A stretch of 32,000 nucleotides of DNA, taken from NCBI GenBank assembly GCA_964551375.1, contig CAZKBG010000001.1, forward strand, positions 180,001 to 212,000, written 5' to 3'. Both the position numbers and the translations under genes were made by a program. The notes beneath the pieces are model-generated. The model made no database searches. It was not told the DNA's origin and saw nothing but the letters and a program-made list of their open reading frames with translations. Shown here piece by piece: positions 16,163 through 25,420 of the stretch (position 1 is its first letter; each line of letters begins with the position of its first letter). The DNA comes from an uncultured archaeon (GTDB taxonomy: Archaea; Iainarchaeota; Iainarchaeia; Iainarchaeales; JAAZKV01).

Positions 16163-16762
16163 GTGAAGAAAGTTGCTTTTTTTATAATTATTTTGATTTT
16201 TGGGTTGTTACTTTTTGGGTGTGATAACAAACAACAAAGCCAAGGTGCTCAACAAAGTCCTCAATATTTAAATTATATTAATCCAAAAGAAAATCTTACA
16301 ATTAGTTATCCGGTTGGATGGGCATATAATGAAAGCCCAGACCAATATGGATTGAGCGTTTGTTTTAATCCACCTAGTGTGCGAGGGTGTGTAATGCAAG
16401 CATATATTGTAAATTTCTCTACTATTGACCAATCGCATTGGCTTTATGGGGTTGTAAGCGAAAGTAGCTCAATTGAGGAAATTAAAGATGCTTATATCAA
16501 CACACTTAAGCCAAAAAACTCCAGCATGGATATGAATGTAACCAAAGTTGAAAAAACCACCTTGTTAGGGAATGAAGCATATCATATTGAATTTGTTGCA
16601 TCAATAAAAACGTCTTTTGAAACATTAGAATCAAAAGAGATTCATATTATTTCAAAAAACAATACATCTATTATAATACTCAAATATTCTTATCCCCCAA
16701 AAGACTTTGATTCATTTAAGCCGCAGTTTGACATATTTGTTTCATCTTTCATCCACCCATAA
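16163..16762 (+). CDS. Putative lipoprotein with PsbP-like domain
   Basis: ORF track opens inside the tRNA at 15989; GTG at 16163 gives VEVKKVAFFIIILIFGLLLFGCDNKQQ (signal plus lipobox), followed by NYINPKENLTISYPVGWAYNES...HIEFVASIKTSFETLESKEIHII. Confidence 0.75.
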   Translation: MKKVAFFIIILIFGLLLFGCDNKQQSQGAQQSPQYLNYINPKENLTISYPVGWAYNESPDQYGLSVCFNPPSVRGCVMQAYIVNFSTIDQSHWLYGVVSESSSIEEIKDAYINTLKPKNSSMDMNVTKVEKTTLLGNEAYHIEFVASIKTSFETLESKEIHIISKNNTSIIILKYSYPPKDFDSFKPQFDIFVSSFIHP

Positions 16763-16917
16763 ATACATCCTTATTCAGGACTAGATATATTTTATGGACA
16801 CAAACTATTGGTATTTCTCAGGCTCTCAGCGTTTATTCTTTTTGTTTTACTTAGTCGGCAAAATGCCCCTAGCTTATTCTTAAACGCCCAAAACCTGACT
16901 CTTCCGAGGTAGGTAGT

Positions 16918-17247
16918 ATGCAGGTAGATTGGAGATTAAAACAGAATAATAAAATGAACGTGATTAATTTCAGCACGAAAAGCGAGAGCAAAAGGCATTA
17001 TTTGAAAAAGTCTGAAGTGTGCTATTTTCTAAAAATGCTTAATGAGCCTTTTTGGACTGAAGCAAGAATTAATGTTGAAAGCAGGGCTGACATATACTTG
17101 CCAGAAAAGTCAGTCGCAATTGAGATTCTTGAAAGCGAAAAGCCTTCAAACATTGATGAAAAATCAAAAAAGTACGGCTGTCGGATTGTTGCGATAAATT
17201 CAGGGCAAGAACTTGACATGGATTTTATTGAAAAAGCAATTAATTAA
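16918..17247 (+). CDS. Small orphan protein, possible PD-(D/E)XK-like core
   Basis: 109 aa; RBS-like GAGGTAGG upstream. Core KKSEVCYFLKMLNEPFWTEARINVESRADIYLPEKSVAIEILESEK...YGCRIVAINSGQE. Confidence 0.6.
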   Translation: MQVDWRLKQNNKMNVINFSTKSESKRHYLKKSEVCYFLKMLNEPFWTEARINVESRADIYLPEKSVAIEILESEKPSNIDEKSKKYGCRIVAINSGQELDMDFIEKAIN

Positions 17248-17251
17248 AAAA

Positions 17252-17285
17252 ACTATAACAGGGGAAGCAATTATGCTTCGCCTGT
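17252..17285 (-). terminator. Stem-loop plus T-tract terminator for the minus-strand gene
   Basis: Arms ACAGG-G-GAAGCA (17258-17269) / TGCTTC-G-CCTGT (17274-17285), 11 bp with one G/G mismatch and a 4-nt loop; followed on the minus strand by TATAGTTTTTTT. Confidence 0.6.
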
Positions 17286-17912
17286 AACTGTTTGAGGCAG
17301 TGTGCCGTCAAAGTCAATTTTTCCACCACTTACGCTTAAGCTGTTAATGCTTGAGCCAGAATTTTTTGCGAAGTAATTAGATATTGCCTGCGCAACGTAA
17401 TCCGAAGCAATCTTTTTCTGGTCGTCAGGAAGAGGAAGTCTTCCAAGCTCTGCAGAGTCAATCTGCATTACTACCTGCTTGCCGCTTGCGCTTACAATTT
17501 TTCCTTTAATAAAAACAGCGCCTGTAAGTTGAGGATCAACTATAAGCCCGCTTGCTTCAATAGTCCCGTCATCATTGAATTTGAATTGAGTATTTTTTAA
17601 CGGCCCCTTTGTGTTATTCTGCGCGTTCATCATTGCAGTAAACTCTTCCTGAGTGAAAGCAGTTTTTACAGGAACACTTCCTATAGAAGAATAATTGCAA
17701 GTAACACAAGTCCCTTCAACTCTTTCTAATTTCAGCCCCGGAACTTTAGCCACTCCGCTTGCATAATCCGCTGAAGAATATTTTACCCCCAAATCCCTCG
17801 GCTGGTTAGTCCCCATTATGTCAGATACTCCCGGGATAAACCCAAAATATCCTACTGTTAAAACTACTAAAATTATTACCACTACTAATCCTATTAGCCC
17901 CTTTTTTCCCAT
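17271..17912 (-). CDS. Membrane-anchored extracytoplasmic hypothetical protein
   Basis: Start revised to MGKKGLIGLVVVIILVVLTVGYFGFIPG; N-terminal TM then about 190-aa soluble domain with CVTC motif. Confidence 0.65.
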   Translation of the reverse strand: MGKKGLIGLVVVIILVVLTVGYFGFIPGVSDIMGTNQPRDLGVKYSSADYASGVAKVPGLKLERVEGTCVTCNYSSIGSVPVKTAFTQEEFTAMMNAQNNTKGPLKNTQFKFNDDGTIEASGLIVDPQLTGAVFIKGKIVSASGKQVVMQIDSAELGRLPLPDDQKKIASDYVAQAISNYFAKNSGSSINSLSVSGGKIDFDGTLPQTVTGEA

Positions 17913-18035
17913 ATTACTAAACCCCCTAAAATATGCATATTCTATCAAATAATAAATACTTCTGTTCGTTTGATTTCTCTTGTTACGTTTAAAAGAATTA
18001 CTTTCTTTTTCTAAGACAATAATTGAGGTGTTTTA

Positions 18036-18491
18036 ATGAGCTTAGATGTTTATGATAAAAAAGACAATAGCCCGATGATGAGGCTTATAGGATTTGGATT
18101 TTTAGTATGGCTTGTGCCGTTTTTGGTTTCGTTTTTATTTTACACGCCACAAGGGACCCCTGCAATAAGTTCAGGATTTTTTAATTCAATAATGAGCGCA
18201 ATACTCTTAGTAGTTACTGCAATATTTTTATTGAAGTACTTTAAACACATAACAGTAAATTACCTTTCTGAAGCAATAAAAGTAGGAATAGTATGGGTAA
18301 TAATTAATGTAGCGCTTGATGTGATTGTATTAATCCCTCTTGCAAAGATGGAGCTTAGTAAATATTTTGCGGAAATCGCATTAGGCTATGTGTTAATCTT
18401 TGTAATAGCAGTATTCGCAGGATATTTGCTTGAGGAAAAAGGGGCGCACAGCAAAAAGATTTACTCGCAGATATTCTCAACAAAGAAATAA
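18036..18491 (+). CDS. Four-TM integral membrane protein, unknown function
   Basis: 151 aa with alternating hydrophobic stretches (LIGFGFLVWLVPFLVSFLF, ILLVVTAIFLL, VWVIINVALDVIVLI, LIFVIAVFAGYLL). Confidence 0.65.
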   Translation: MSLDVYDKKDNSPMMRLIGFGFLVWLVPFLVSFLFYTPQGTPAISSGFFNSIMSAILLVVTAIFLLKYFKHITVNYLSEAIKVGIVWVIINVALDVIVLIPLAKMELSKYFAEIALGYVLIFVIAVFAGYLLEEKGAHSKKIYSQIFSTKK

Positions 18492-18560
18492 TTGTTTTGA
18501 ATTAATTAAAATTAGGAAAAAAGCAAGTAAAATTAGGCAAGAAATAAACTTATTGTTTGA

Positions 18561-18590
18561 AGAAGTGATTAAGTTCACTTCTTTTTTATT
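18561..18590 (+). terminator. Perfect 8-bp stem-loop followed by T-tract
   Basis: AGAAGTGA (18561-18568), loop TTAAGT, TCACTTCT (18575-18582), then TTTTTATTTTT. Lies at the convergent junction of 18036..18491 and 18575..18973. Confidence 0.6.
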
Positions 18591-18973
18591 TTTGCGTACT
18601 TGTCAAAACTAAATATCATAAAGCTCTGAATCAAGTTCTCAAAATTCGGCCTCACGCCAAGGGTTAAGTAAAAGTCTTTGTGAATCTGTTCCTGCATGTT
18701 GGCTGGAATCTTTCTTGCAATTTTAAGCACAACCTCAACAGGAGCTCTTTTTGGACTGAAAAGAAGCCTGATTTCAGCAGGAGTTATCCTATCTTTTAAT
18801 TTAGGATTTACTCTTTCAATTTCAGCCCTAAACGCGCTAATTGCCCTTATTTGGGACTCTCTTGATGGAGGGCGCGGTTTTGTCTTAACTGGTTTGGCTT
18901 GCACAGCGGCATAAACCATTTTTTGCCCATGTTTTGTAAGAACGCCGCCTTTTTTGAATAATCTTTTTGGCAT
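18575..18973 (-). CDS. Small basic hypothetical protein
   Basis: 132-aa ORF in its own intergenic slot; basic Lys/Arg-rich N-terminus then helical sequence (SRESQIRAISAFRAEIERVNPKL...). No family recognised. Confidence 0.5.
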   Translation of the reverse strand: MPKRLFKKGGVLTKHGQKMVYAAVQAKPVKTKPRPPSRESQIRAISAFRAEIERVNPKLKDRITPAEIRLLFSPKRAPVEVVLKIARKIPANMQEQIHKDFYLTLGVRPNFENLIQSFMIFSFDKYAKIKKK

Positions 18974-19083
18974 AAATAAATTCAGTCTTGAAAGATATTA
19001 AGCTTTTTGGTAGCAGGCTGAAAGGTTAGCGCGATTAGGATTGTAACAAATTCTTTTTATATTGATAAATTCAACTTAAGTGC

Positions 19084-19941
19084 ATGGTTGAAATATACGG
19101 CTCATGGTGTCCTGGGCTTGTTGAAGACAAGGAAGCATTAAAGCTAGTCAAAGACAGCGGAGTTCTTGCAGGAATTGAATTATCCAATGCAGAATCAACC
19201 AGCGCGCTTGAAGATGCAGGAGTAAAGTTTAATCTCCACAATCCTCTTTTTAGGAAAAAAATTGGGCTTGACCATCCATCGTTTAGGGATGAATTAATTA
19301 AAAGCCCTGAAATAGTAGTTGCGTGCAAAAAATCTTCCCCTCCAGCGCTTGGCTTTCACGCAGGATATGAGCCGCTTGAACACAAAAATATTAAAACTGA
19401 TTTAATTGCAAATCACATTCTGCGAAATCTTAAATTTTTAGACGAATCAATGGACAAGAAAATTATTTTTGAATCAGCGCCTTATGCAGAGCCGCATTTT
19501 GAAAAAGGAGATATTGACGCAGTGAGATATATTTCAAGCCCTGAATTTTTCAAGAGAATAATTTCACAGTCAAACGCAGGATACTTGTTTGACATATGCC
19601 ACAACCTTGCGTCATGGTCGACAAAATCAAGGAGAAAAGAGTACAAAGGAGAAGTAAGCGATTACTTTGCTGAAGTATTAAACTCGGTTGCAAAAGAAAC
19701 TTATCAAATGCACTTAAATTGCCCGAAAGGAAATCTAAAAGAAGGAATTTATGACGGGCATTTGCCTCTAAAACCTTCGCAGAAAAATTCCAAGCTCGCA
19801 TTAATGCTTGCAAAAGAAGTGCTTGGCGCCTGCCCTAATTTAAAAGTAATAACGCTTGAAATTAATTCAGGATTTGCTCCAAAAAAACACGCAAAATTTT
19901 TAATCAATCAGGCAAAATTAATTGAAAAAGAAATTCTTTAA
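19084..19941 (+). CDS. TIM-barrel protein, xylose isomerase-like / AP endonuclease 2-like
   Basis: 285 aa; spaced metal-ligand-type motifs LGFHAGYEP, IIFESAPYAEPHF, GYLFDICHNLASW, YQMHLNCP, YDGHLPLKP, VITLEINSG. Confidence 0.6.
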   Translation: MVEIYGSWCPGLVEDKEALKLVKDSGVLAGIELSNAESTSALEDAGVKFNLHNPLFRKKIGLDHPSFRDELIKSPEIVVACKKSSPPALGFHAGYEPLEHKNIKTDLIANHILRNLKFLDESMDKKIIFESAPYAEPHFEKGDIDAVRYISSPEFFKRIISQSNAGYLFDICHNLASWSTKSRRKEYKGEVSDYFAEVLNSVAKETYQMHLNCPKGNLKEGIYDGHLPLKPSQKNSKLALMLAKEVLGACPNLKVITLEINSGFAPKKHAKFLINQAKLIEKEIL

Positions 19942-20058
19942 AAAAAATAATCCTATTTTTTTGTAATTTTTTATAAAATGCCAATTAATTTTCACAAAAG
20001 CCAAAACCAGAAAGCCTTAAATACAACAATACCCTATGCATTTGCGGGTTTAGGGAAG

Positions 20059-20077
20059 TAATACAAATTTTGTATTA
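20059..20077. promoter_or_regulatory. Perfect 19-bp palindrome upstream of the giant surface-protein gene
   Basis: TAATACAAA-T-TTTGTATTA, 18 nt before the ATG at 20096; a TATA-like CTTAAATA lies at about 20016-20023. Confidence 0.6.
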
Positions 20078-20095
20078 TTTAGAAGGGAAAATAAA

Positions 20096-23000
20096 ATGGA
20101 TCTATTTGGTTCAAGCGAAGGGTTAAACGACTCTTTTGACGACGCTGGCGACAAATTTTCAGGATTTGTTGAAGGAATAAAGAAAAATCCTCTTCCTGTT
20201 ATATTAGTAATAGTAATAGCGGCGCTTATTGTTTATATTATCATCAGCAGTATTTCAGCTCCAAAAGAGCCTGAAGAAGTATCTCCTGTTGTGATCAACG
20301 GCTCTGGAGTGGCAGGCACTATTACTGTTTTAAGAAACGGCGAAGTGGTGAGCCAAGTTGATTTAAACGGGGACATACTTGAACTTGCGCCTGATGCAAA
20401 CAGAAATTTGAATGCAAGTATTAGCGTTGCAGGAAGAAGAAATCTAATTCCAAGATCTGTCACACTCACTTCAGGAAATAGAAGAACAGTGGTGACAATT
20501 GACCCAGCTCGAACAGTAATTGATGATGAAGGAAATATTCACTACCATTTTGATTCAAACAGCGGAGCAGGATCAGGAGAAATTATAGTTGACCCTGATA
20601 CAGGAACAACAACAGTAGTAATTGACCCTAATTCAGGCGGAATGATACAATGCGATGAAGGCACAGTTCTTGAGAACGGCTCATGCGTAATAACAGCAGA
20701 TATTGATTTTACGGACTCAGACACAGGAGACGGAATTGTTATCACAATCCCATTCATTCCTGTTGTTGGCACAGTTCACATTGATGCTGAAGTAACGCAA
20801 GGATGCTTAACTATGAGCACTGGGTTAGTAAATGAACTCCCCTCAACTGGCGTTGTTAAATCAGAAATAAGATTAAGAAAAGTCTGCCCTGGCGCGGTTG
20901 ATGTTAATGCATCAGTTGAATGGATGAATGAAAGAATGGGAAATGTGGAAGTTGTGTTAAACAATCCTTCAGAATTATTAACTCCTTTGCCAAAGAAAGT
21001 TGCCCAATTCAGCTCAGGCGACACAATAACCGCAAAAGTTAATTTTGTTCCATTTAAAGAATTTGAAGGAAAAGTGGCTAATTTTAGAGTTAATTTCAGC
21101 ACAGGCGGGCAGAATTCGCTTGTAGCATTTGTAATACCAATTGAAAACCTTGAACAGTGCATAAAAGTAACTCCACAGCAAGTAATAGTTGCAAAAGGAC
21201 AGAATTCGGCAAATTTTGAAATTGATGTTTCTTCGTGCGGACAGAACAGCATTGATTTTGTGCTCTGTGACGGGGATAATTCATGCTCTGGAGGAGTGGA
21301 AGGCGGAATTGCATTAAGCTCAAGAGCATTCACGCTTAATTCATCAACTAATCCAAAAAGAACTGTTTCAGTGACAAGAGGAATAATTCCTGGAGCGTAT
21401 GGAATACCAATTAAAGCAAGCGTAAGCGGCTCAAAGAAAATTTACTTAGGCGAAGTTCTTGCAATAATAGAAAGAGCAGGAACAGAAACACTTTATCCAG
21501 ATAAATATGTAATATCGCTTCTTCCTAATTCAAAAGATTCTATTAGAATAACAAACACTAATTTAATTGAAGAAGTAAACATAAGCACAAGCGTGTGCAG
21601 TTTATACCAAAATTCACTCGGAAGAGGGGGAAGGTCATGGTGGAAACAATTAAGCGGAAATTTAAAGACGCTTGCAGGAGAAGGACTTTACGAGGAAGCA
21701 TTATCTTACGAACTTGGAACACTTGACAGAGTTACTGAACAAATGAGGGCAATGTCCACTCAAAAAAACCAGCTGATTAAAGACGCTTGGGTTGCATTTG
21801 ACAGACAGAAAGTAAAGGACAAAGTATGCGAAGCCCAAAGCACAGCATTTGACGCGTTTAAGGATGTAAATAAATTACAGTACTTAGTTTGGGAAGCAGG
21901 CGCAGTGGACCACACTTGCAGAGAACAGGGGCTTAACCTTGAAGACGACGCATGCAATGAAGAAGAAAAAATTGATTACCTTGCGTCGCTTGTTGCAAGC
22001 AAAATTACTGATATTAACAAAATTGTTCCTGAAATGAAAGCAGAACTTGACGACCAAAAAACTCAAATAACTAATCTTTCTATTCAAAAATGCGAAAGCG
22101 CGGCAGGATTAAGCAGCAAAAAAACAGCAGCAGTAACAGCAATAACAACAGCAAAAACAAAACTTAACGAATATGCTAACAAAGTCAACGCCGCAAGAAC
22201 AACAATGGTTGATTTTAATAAAAAACATGATGAAACTGATGAATTCTTTGACGCATTTGACGCAAATGTTCAGGAAGTAATGGATAGAATACAGCTTGCG
22301 CAGGACTTACTAAGCCAGGCTGATGAGAAGGTAAATTTGGCAATAGCAGATTATGATTCAGCTCTTGCAGCAGCTGCGATTGATGCTACTTACCTTGCAT
22401 CAAGCGATGATGCAAGCGCAGCAATGTACTTAGAACAGGCAATAATTGATTTACAGGACGCAAACGCATTGATTTACGAAGCAATTGATGAAGAAGTGGC
22501 TGCAAATGATATACTAAAATCATTCAAGCCAAAAATAGCTGAACAATACGCAAGAATTACTGCAATGATAAGCTTAATTGACAAGCTAAAAGAACAGATG
22601 CAGGAAGCAAAAACAATAGCCCAGCAGATAAAAACAAATATTGAGACAGCAAAATCAGACATTAATGGAATTATCGCGCCTGCTCAAAAAGCATGCGATG
22701 AGCGCGACCCAAGCACTGATAATGATAATAATGCCGAAACACCCGAAAATTCAGGGTGCTGCGAAATAGCAACAAATGCGCAGGCAATAGTAGATTCAAT
22801 GAGCACAGGATTTGTTGAAGAACAGATGACTGCGATTGACGAAATGATTCCAAAGATTGATTTATTAAAAACAGCAGTGAAACTTTATGAAACAAAAACA
22901 AAAGCTTACGGAGAACAATTGCCAAAAACACAGGCAACAGTTCAAAAAGCTGTTGACGCATTAAAAGTAATGACTGATAATAATGTATTCCAGCCTCCGA

Positions 23001-25327
23001 TGGACACTCTCCAGCCCGCAATTGACGCAGCTTACTGGCTAAGCGATAAAGAAGCATCATCCTCTTCAGCATCAGAATATCCATCAGGCTCAATGACTTT
23101 TAACGGAATAACAATTGACAATAAAATAATGCTTGGATTATTCGGAACAGCAGTAAGCTCCGGATTTATACAAGGAGCTTATGATGGAACAGTTTACACA
23201 ACATATTATGACACAAACGAGCCTGAAGTTGTTGATGAAGAAGTTCCTGTTGATGAAGTTGACCCATTCGCTGAAGAGCCGGTTGTTGATGATACATTTG
23301 ATGATGAATGGGTTGACACTCCTGAAGAAGAAGTGTTTGAATGCTCTGAAGCCCCAGCAAGCGAAATGCTTGAAGACTGCGATAACCAAGTAGGGTTATT
23401 ACTGCCTGATTTTAAAGTAAACTTACTAAATGCAACATCAAATGTAACAGTATCAAATCCAGCGGTTCGGGCTGAAATTACTACAACCGATGCAAAAGTA
23501 TTCGGGGTGTTTGATTCGCAGGAAGTAGGAGTAGCATTCACAAATAGTGGATTAAGCCAGAACACTTACGCAACAGTAACACTAAACGCACAGGAAGCAA
23601 TCCATGACGACCCAGTGGTTGTAGATGCAGCATTTGGGCCATTTAATGTTCCTGACGCATCAACTCAAGCTGTGTCTTATAAATATCATTTCAAATTCAA
23701 CGCAGCTCCAAGAAAAGCTGCAATATTTGCTCCAAAAGTAAGTGACTGCCAAAGCGGAATACTAAGAGGAACAAATACCGAGAGCGGACTTGCTAAAAAT
23801 GTTCTAACATGGAACTGGGCTGATGTAGCGCTTCTTGACAATTCAACTGACACGCTTGGAGACAAATACTTTGATGCAACACAGTTATCAATTTTAATTA
23901 ACGCAAGGCTTCAGAGATTGAATAATTTATTATCAACAAATACATTCAGATGCCCAAGCAACCCAGCAAGAGCAGAACTTACTTCAGTAATTCCTAGTTT
24001 TACTGGAGAAGAGCTTGAAGAAGCGGGACAAACTGGATTAACACTTGGAACACCAGCTTGCTACTTGCCTTACACTACAAGAGAGTTTGACGGCAAGCCA
24101 TCGCTATATTATTTCCTTCTTTCAAACCCAACTGTTGCAAATAATTTGGTAAATTTGGTTGACTTTAAAGCAAACCTTTCAAGAGACGGATACGGAACAG
24201 CATTCCAAAACGAATTCACTAACTTTTACAGAACACAAACAGTTGCATCAAACCCAAGCTTCCTTGACGCGCAGACAGGAACAAGCAAATACTTCTCAAA
24301 CAACACGCTTGCTTACTTCTCTTCTGAAGGAGCAAAATACGCTAAGAGCAGCACATTTGTTCTCCCTGATGCTGGAGAATACAGAGTCAGAATGAAAATA
24401 AATTTCAACAGCCAGCCGGCATTATTCACAAGCGGAAACCCTGCGTCAAAAATTACATTTGATTTATACTCAACCAATCCGATTTACTCAAATTACAGCC
24501 CGTTCTATTACACTCCTCTTGACGGACAAGTAGGATTACTAACAGGACAAACAGCGGAAGGGTACAGAGCAAAATTATCAGACGCAAAATCAATTGTTGT
24601 TAACTCTGCACAGGGGGCAATACTAAATAATATCCCATCACAAGCGCTTGTATCAATTTCCCCAATTGTTGCAGAACAACTGGACCAGTTGAATACAAAT
24701 GTGTTGTTAAGAGGAAAAATATTCTCGCTTTCAAACGCAACCCTAACTTCAGGAACTGCGCTTTTGCTTTCTCCAAATTTGTATTACGCTCAGTCAATGG
24801 CAACTCCAATAATACTTGGAACTCCAAAAACAGCGACTCCTCACAGCGCAAGATATATCATAAAAAATGACATCACAACGCTTGCTTACCCTTCATCTGA
24901 TTTCACAGTATTTAGAGCGCTAAATGACACCGACTCGACAAGAACTTCACTTGCAACCTTATCAAAAATACCAGATAAGAAATTAATTTCAAATATTTAC
25001 TCAATTGACCTTCCAACAACTAACGAACCAAATGAATGGAAACTTGGAACAGTAATTTACACTTTATCAGGAAGACCATACTATGTGTCAGGAATGAATC
25101 AGACAAAAGTTTATTCCCCAGGAAACAGACTTGGAACTGACCCTCTTGTTTCGCTATACGGAGTTCCGGGAATGAGATACAATGACGCAACAACAACACA
25201 GCTAAATTCGCTTTCACTAATTTATGATGCAGTAAAACAGGGAAGCGCATGCATCTCAAGAAACGCAGGCGAAGATATCATCTACTGGCCAGAAGATAAA
25301 ATACTTGCAACACTTCCATTAAACTAA
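20096..25327 (+). CDS. Giant membrane-anchored extracellular/surface protein
   Basis: 1743 aa; one N-terminal TM (NPLPVILVIVIAALIVYIIISS), Cys-containing beta-rich regions, a long helical/coiled-coil region (about nt 21700-22970), acidic linker (about 23215-23385), and a C-terminal NxT/S-rich beta region. Confidence 0.8.
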   Translation: MDLFGSSEGLNDSFDDAGDKFSGFVEGIKKNPLPVILVIVIAALIVYIIISSISAPKEPEEVSPVVINGSGVAGTITVLRNGEVVSQVDLNGDILELAPDANRNLNASISVAGRRNLIPRSVTLTSGNRRTVVTIDPARTVIDDEGNIHYHFDSNSGAGSGEIIVDPDTGTTTVVIDPNSGGMIQCDEGTVLENGSCVITADIDFTDSDTGDGIVITIPFIPVVGTVHIDAEVTQGCLTMSTGLVNELPSTGVVKSEIRLRKVCPGAVDVNASVEWMNERMGNVEVVLNNPSELLTPLPKKVAQFSSGDTITAKVNFVPFKEFEGKVANFRVNFSTGGQNSLVAFVIPIENLEQCIKVTPQQVIVAKGQNSANFEIDVSSCGQNSIDFVLCDGDNSCSGGVEGGIALSSRAFTLNSSTNPKRTVSVTRGIIPGAYGIPIKASVSGSKKIYLGEVLAIIERAGTETLYPDKYVISLLPNSKDSIRITNTNLIEEVNISTSVCSLYQNSLGRGGRSWWKQLSGNLKTLAGEGLYEEALSYELGTLDRVTEQMRAMSTQKNQLIKDAWVAFDRQKVKDKVCEAQSTAFDAFKDVNKLQYLVWEAGAVDHTCREQGLNLEDDACNEEEKIDYLASLVASKITDINKIVPEMKAELDDQKTQITNLSIQKCESAAGLSSKKTAAVTAITTAKTKLNEYANKVNAARTTMVDFNKKHDETDEFFDAFDANVQEVMDRIQLAQDLLSQADEKVNLAIADYDSALAAAAIDATYLASSDDASAAMYLEQAIIDLQDANALIYEAIDEEVAANDILKSFKPKIAEQYARITAMISLIDKLKEQMQEAKTIAQQIKTNIETAKSDINGIIAPAQKACDERDPSTDNDNNAETPENSGCCEIATNAQAIVDSMSTGFVEEQMTAIDEMIPKIDLLKTAVKLYETKTKAYGEQLPKTQATVQKAVDALKVMTDNNVFQPPMDTLQPAIDAAYWLSDKEASSSSASEYPSGSMTFNGITIDNKIMLGLFGTAVSSGFIQGAYDGTVYTTYYDTNEPEVVDEEVPVDEVDPFAEEPVVDDTFDDEWVDTPEEEVFECSEAPASEMLEDCDNQVGLLLPDFKVNLLNATSNVTVSNPAVRAEITTTDAKVFGVFDSQEVGVAFTNSGLSQNTYATVTLNAQEAIHDDPVVVDAAFGPFNVPDASTQAVSYKYHFKFNAAPRKAAIFAPKVSDCQSGILRGTNTESGLAKNVLTWNWADVALLDNSTDTLGDKYFDATQLSILINARLQRLNNLLSTNTFRCPSNPARAELTSVIPSFTGEELEEAGQTGLTLGTPACYLPYTTREFDGKPSLYYFLLSNPTVANNLVNLVDFKANLSRDGYGTAFQNEFTNFYRTQTVASNPSFLDAQTGTSKYFSNNTLAYFSSEGAKYAKSSTFVLPDAGEYRVRMKINFNSQPALFTSGNPASKITFDLYSTNPIYSNYSPFYYTPLDGQVGLLTGQTAEGYRAKLSDAKSIVVNSAQGAILNNIPSQALVSISPIVAEQLDQLNTNVLLRGKIFSLSNATLTSGTALLLSPNLYYAQSMATPIILGTPKTATPHSARYIIKNDITTLAYPSSDFTVFRALNDTDSTRTSLATLSKIPDKKLISNIYSIDLPTTNEPNEWKLGTVIYTLSGRPYYVSGMNQTKVYSPGNRLGTDPLVSLYGVPGMRYNDATTTQLNSLSLIYDAVKQGSACISRNAGEDIIYWPEDKILATLPLN

Positions 25328-25420
25328 AGGGATCAATTCTAATCCGTTAAACTAATTAGTTATCCAATACAAAAAATTATCCGCAAATGGACTTCATTAA
25401 GTTTTGAAGTCTTTGAGGAG

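Noticed and set aside
20776-21333. 185-aa minus-strand ORF inside the giant surface gene
   Set aside because: Fully antisense to a clear coding region; composition looks like the reverse complement of that coding sequence and no motif is recognisable. The same applies to 23206..23565, 22671..23093 and the other short antisense ORFs there.
25390-25411. GACTTCA...TGAAGTC hairpin as a terminator
   Set aside because: Perfect 7-bp arms, but no T-tract immediately follows on either strand; kept only as a supporting note.
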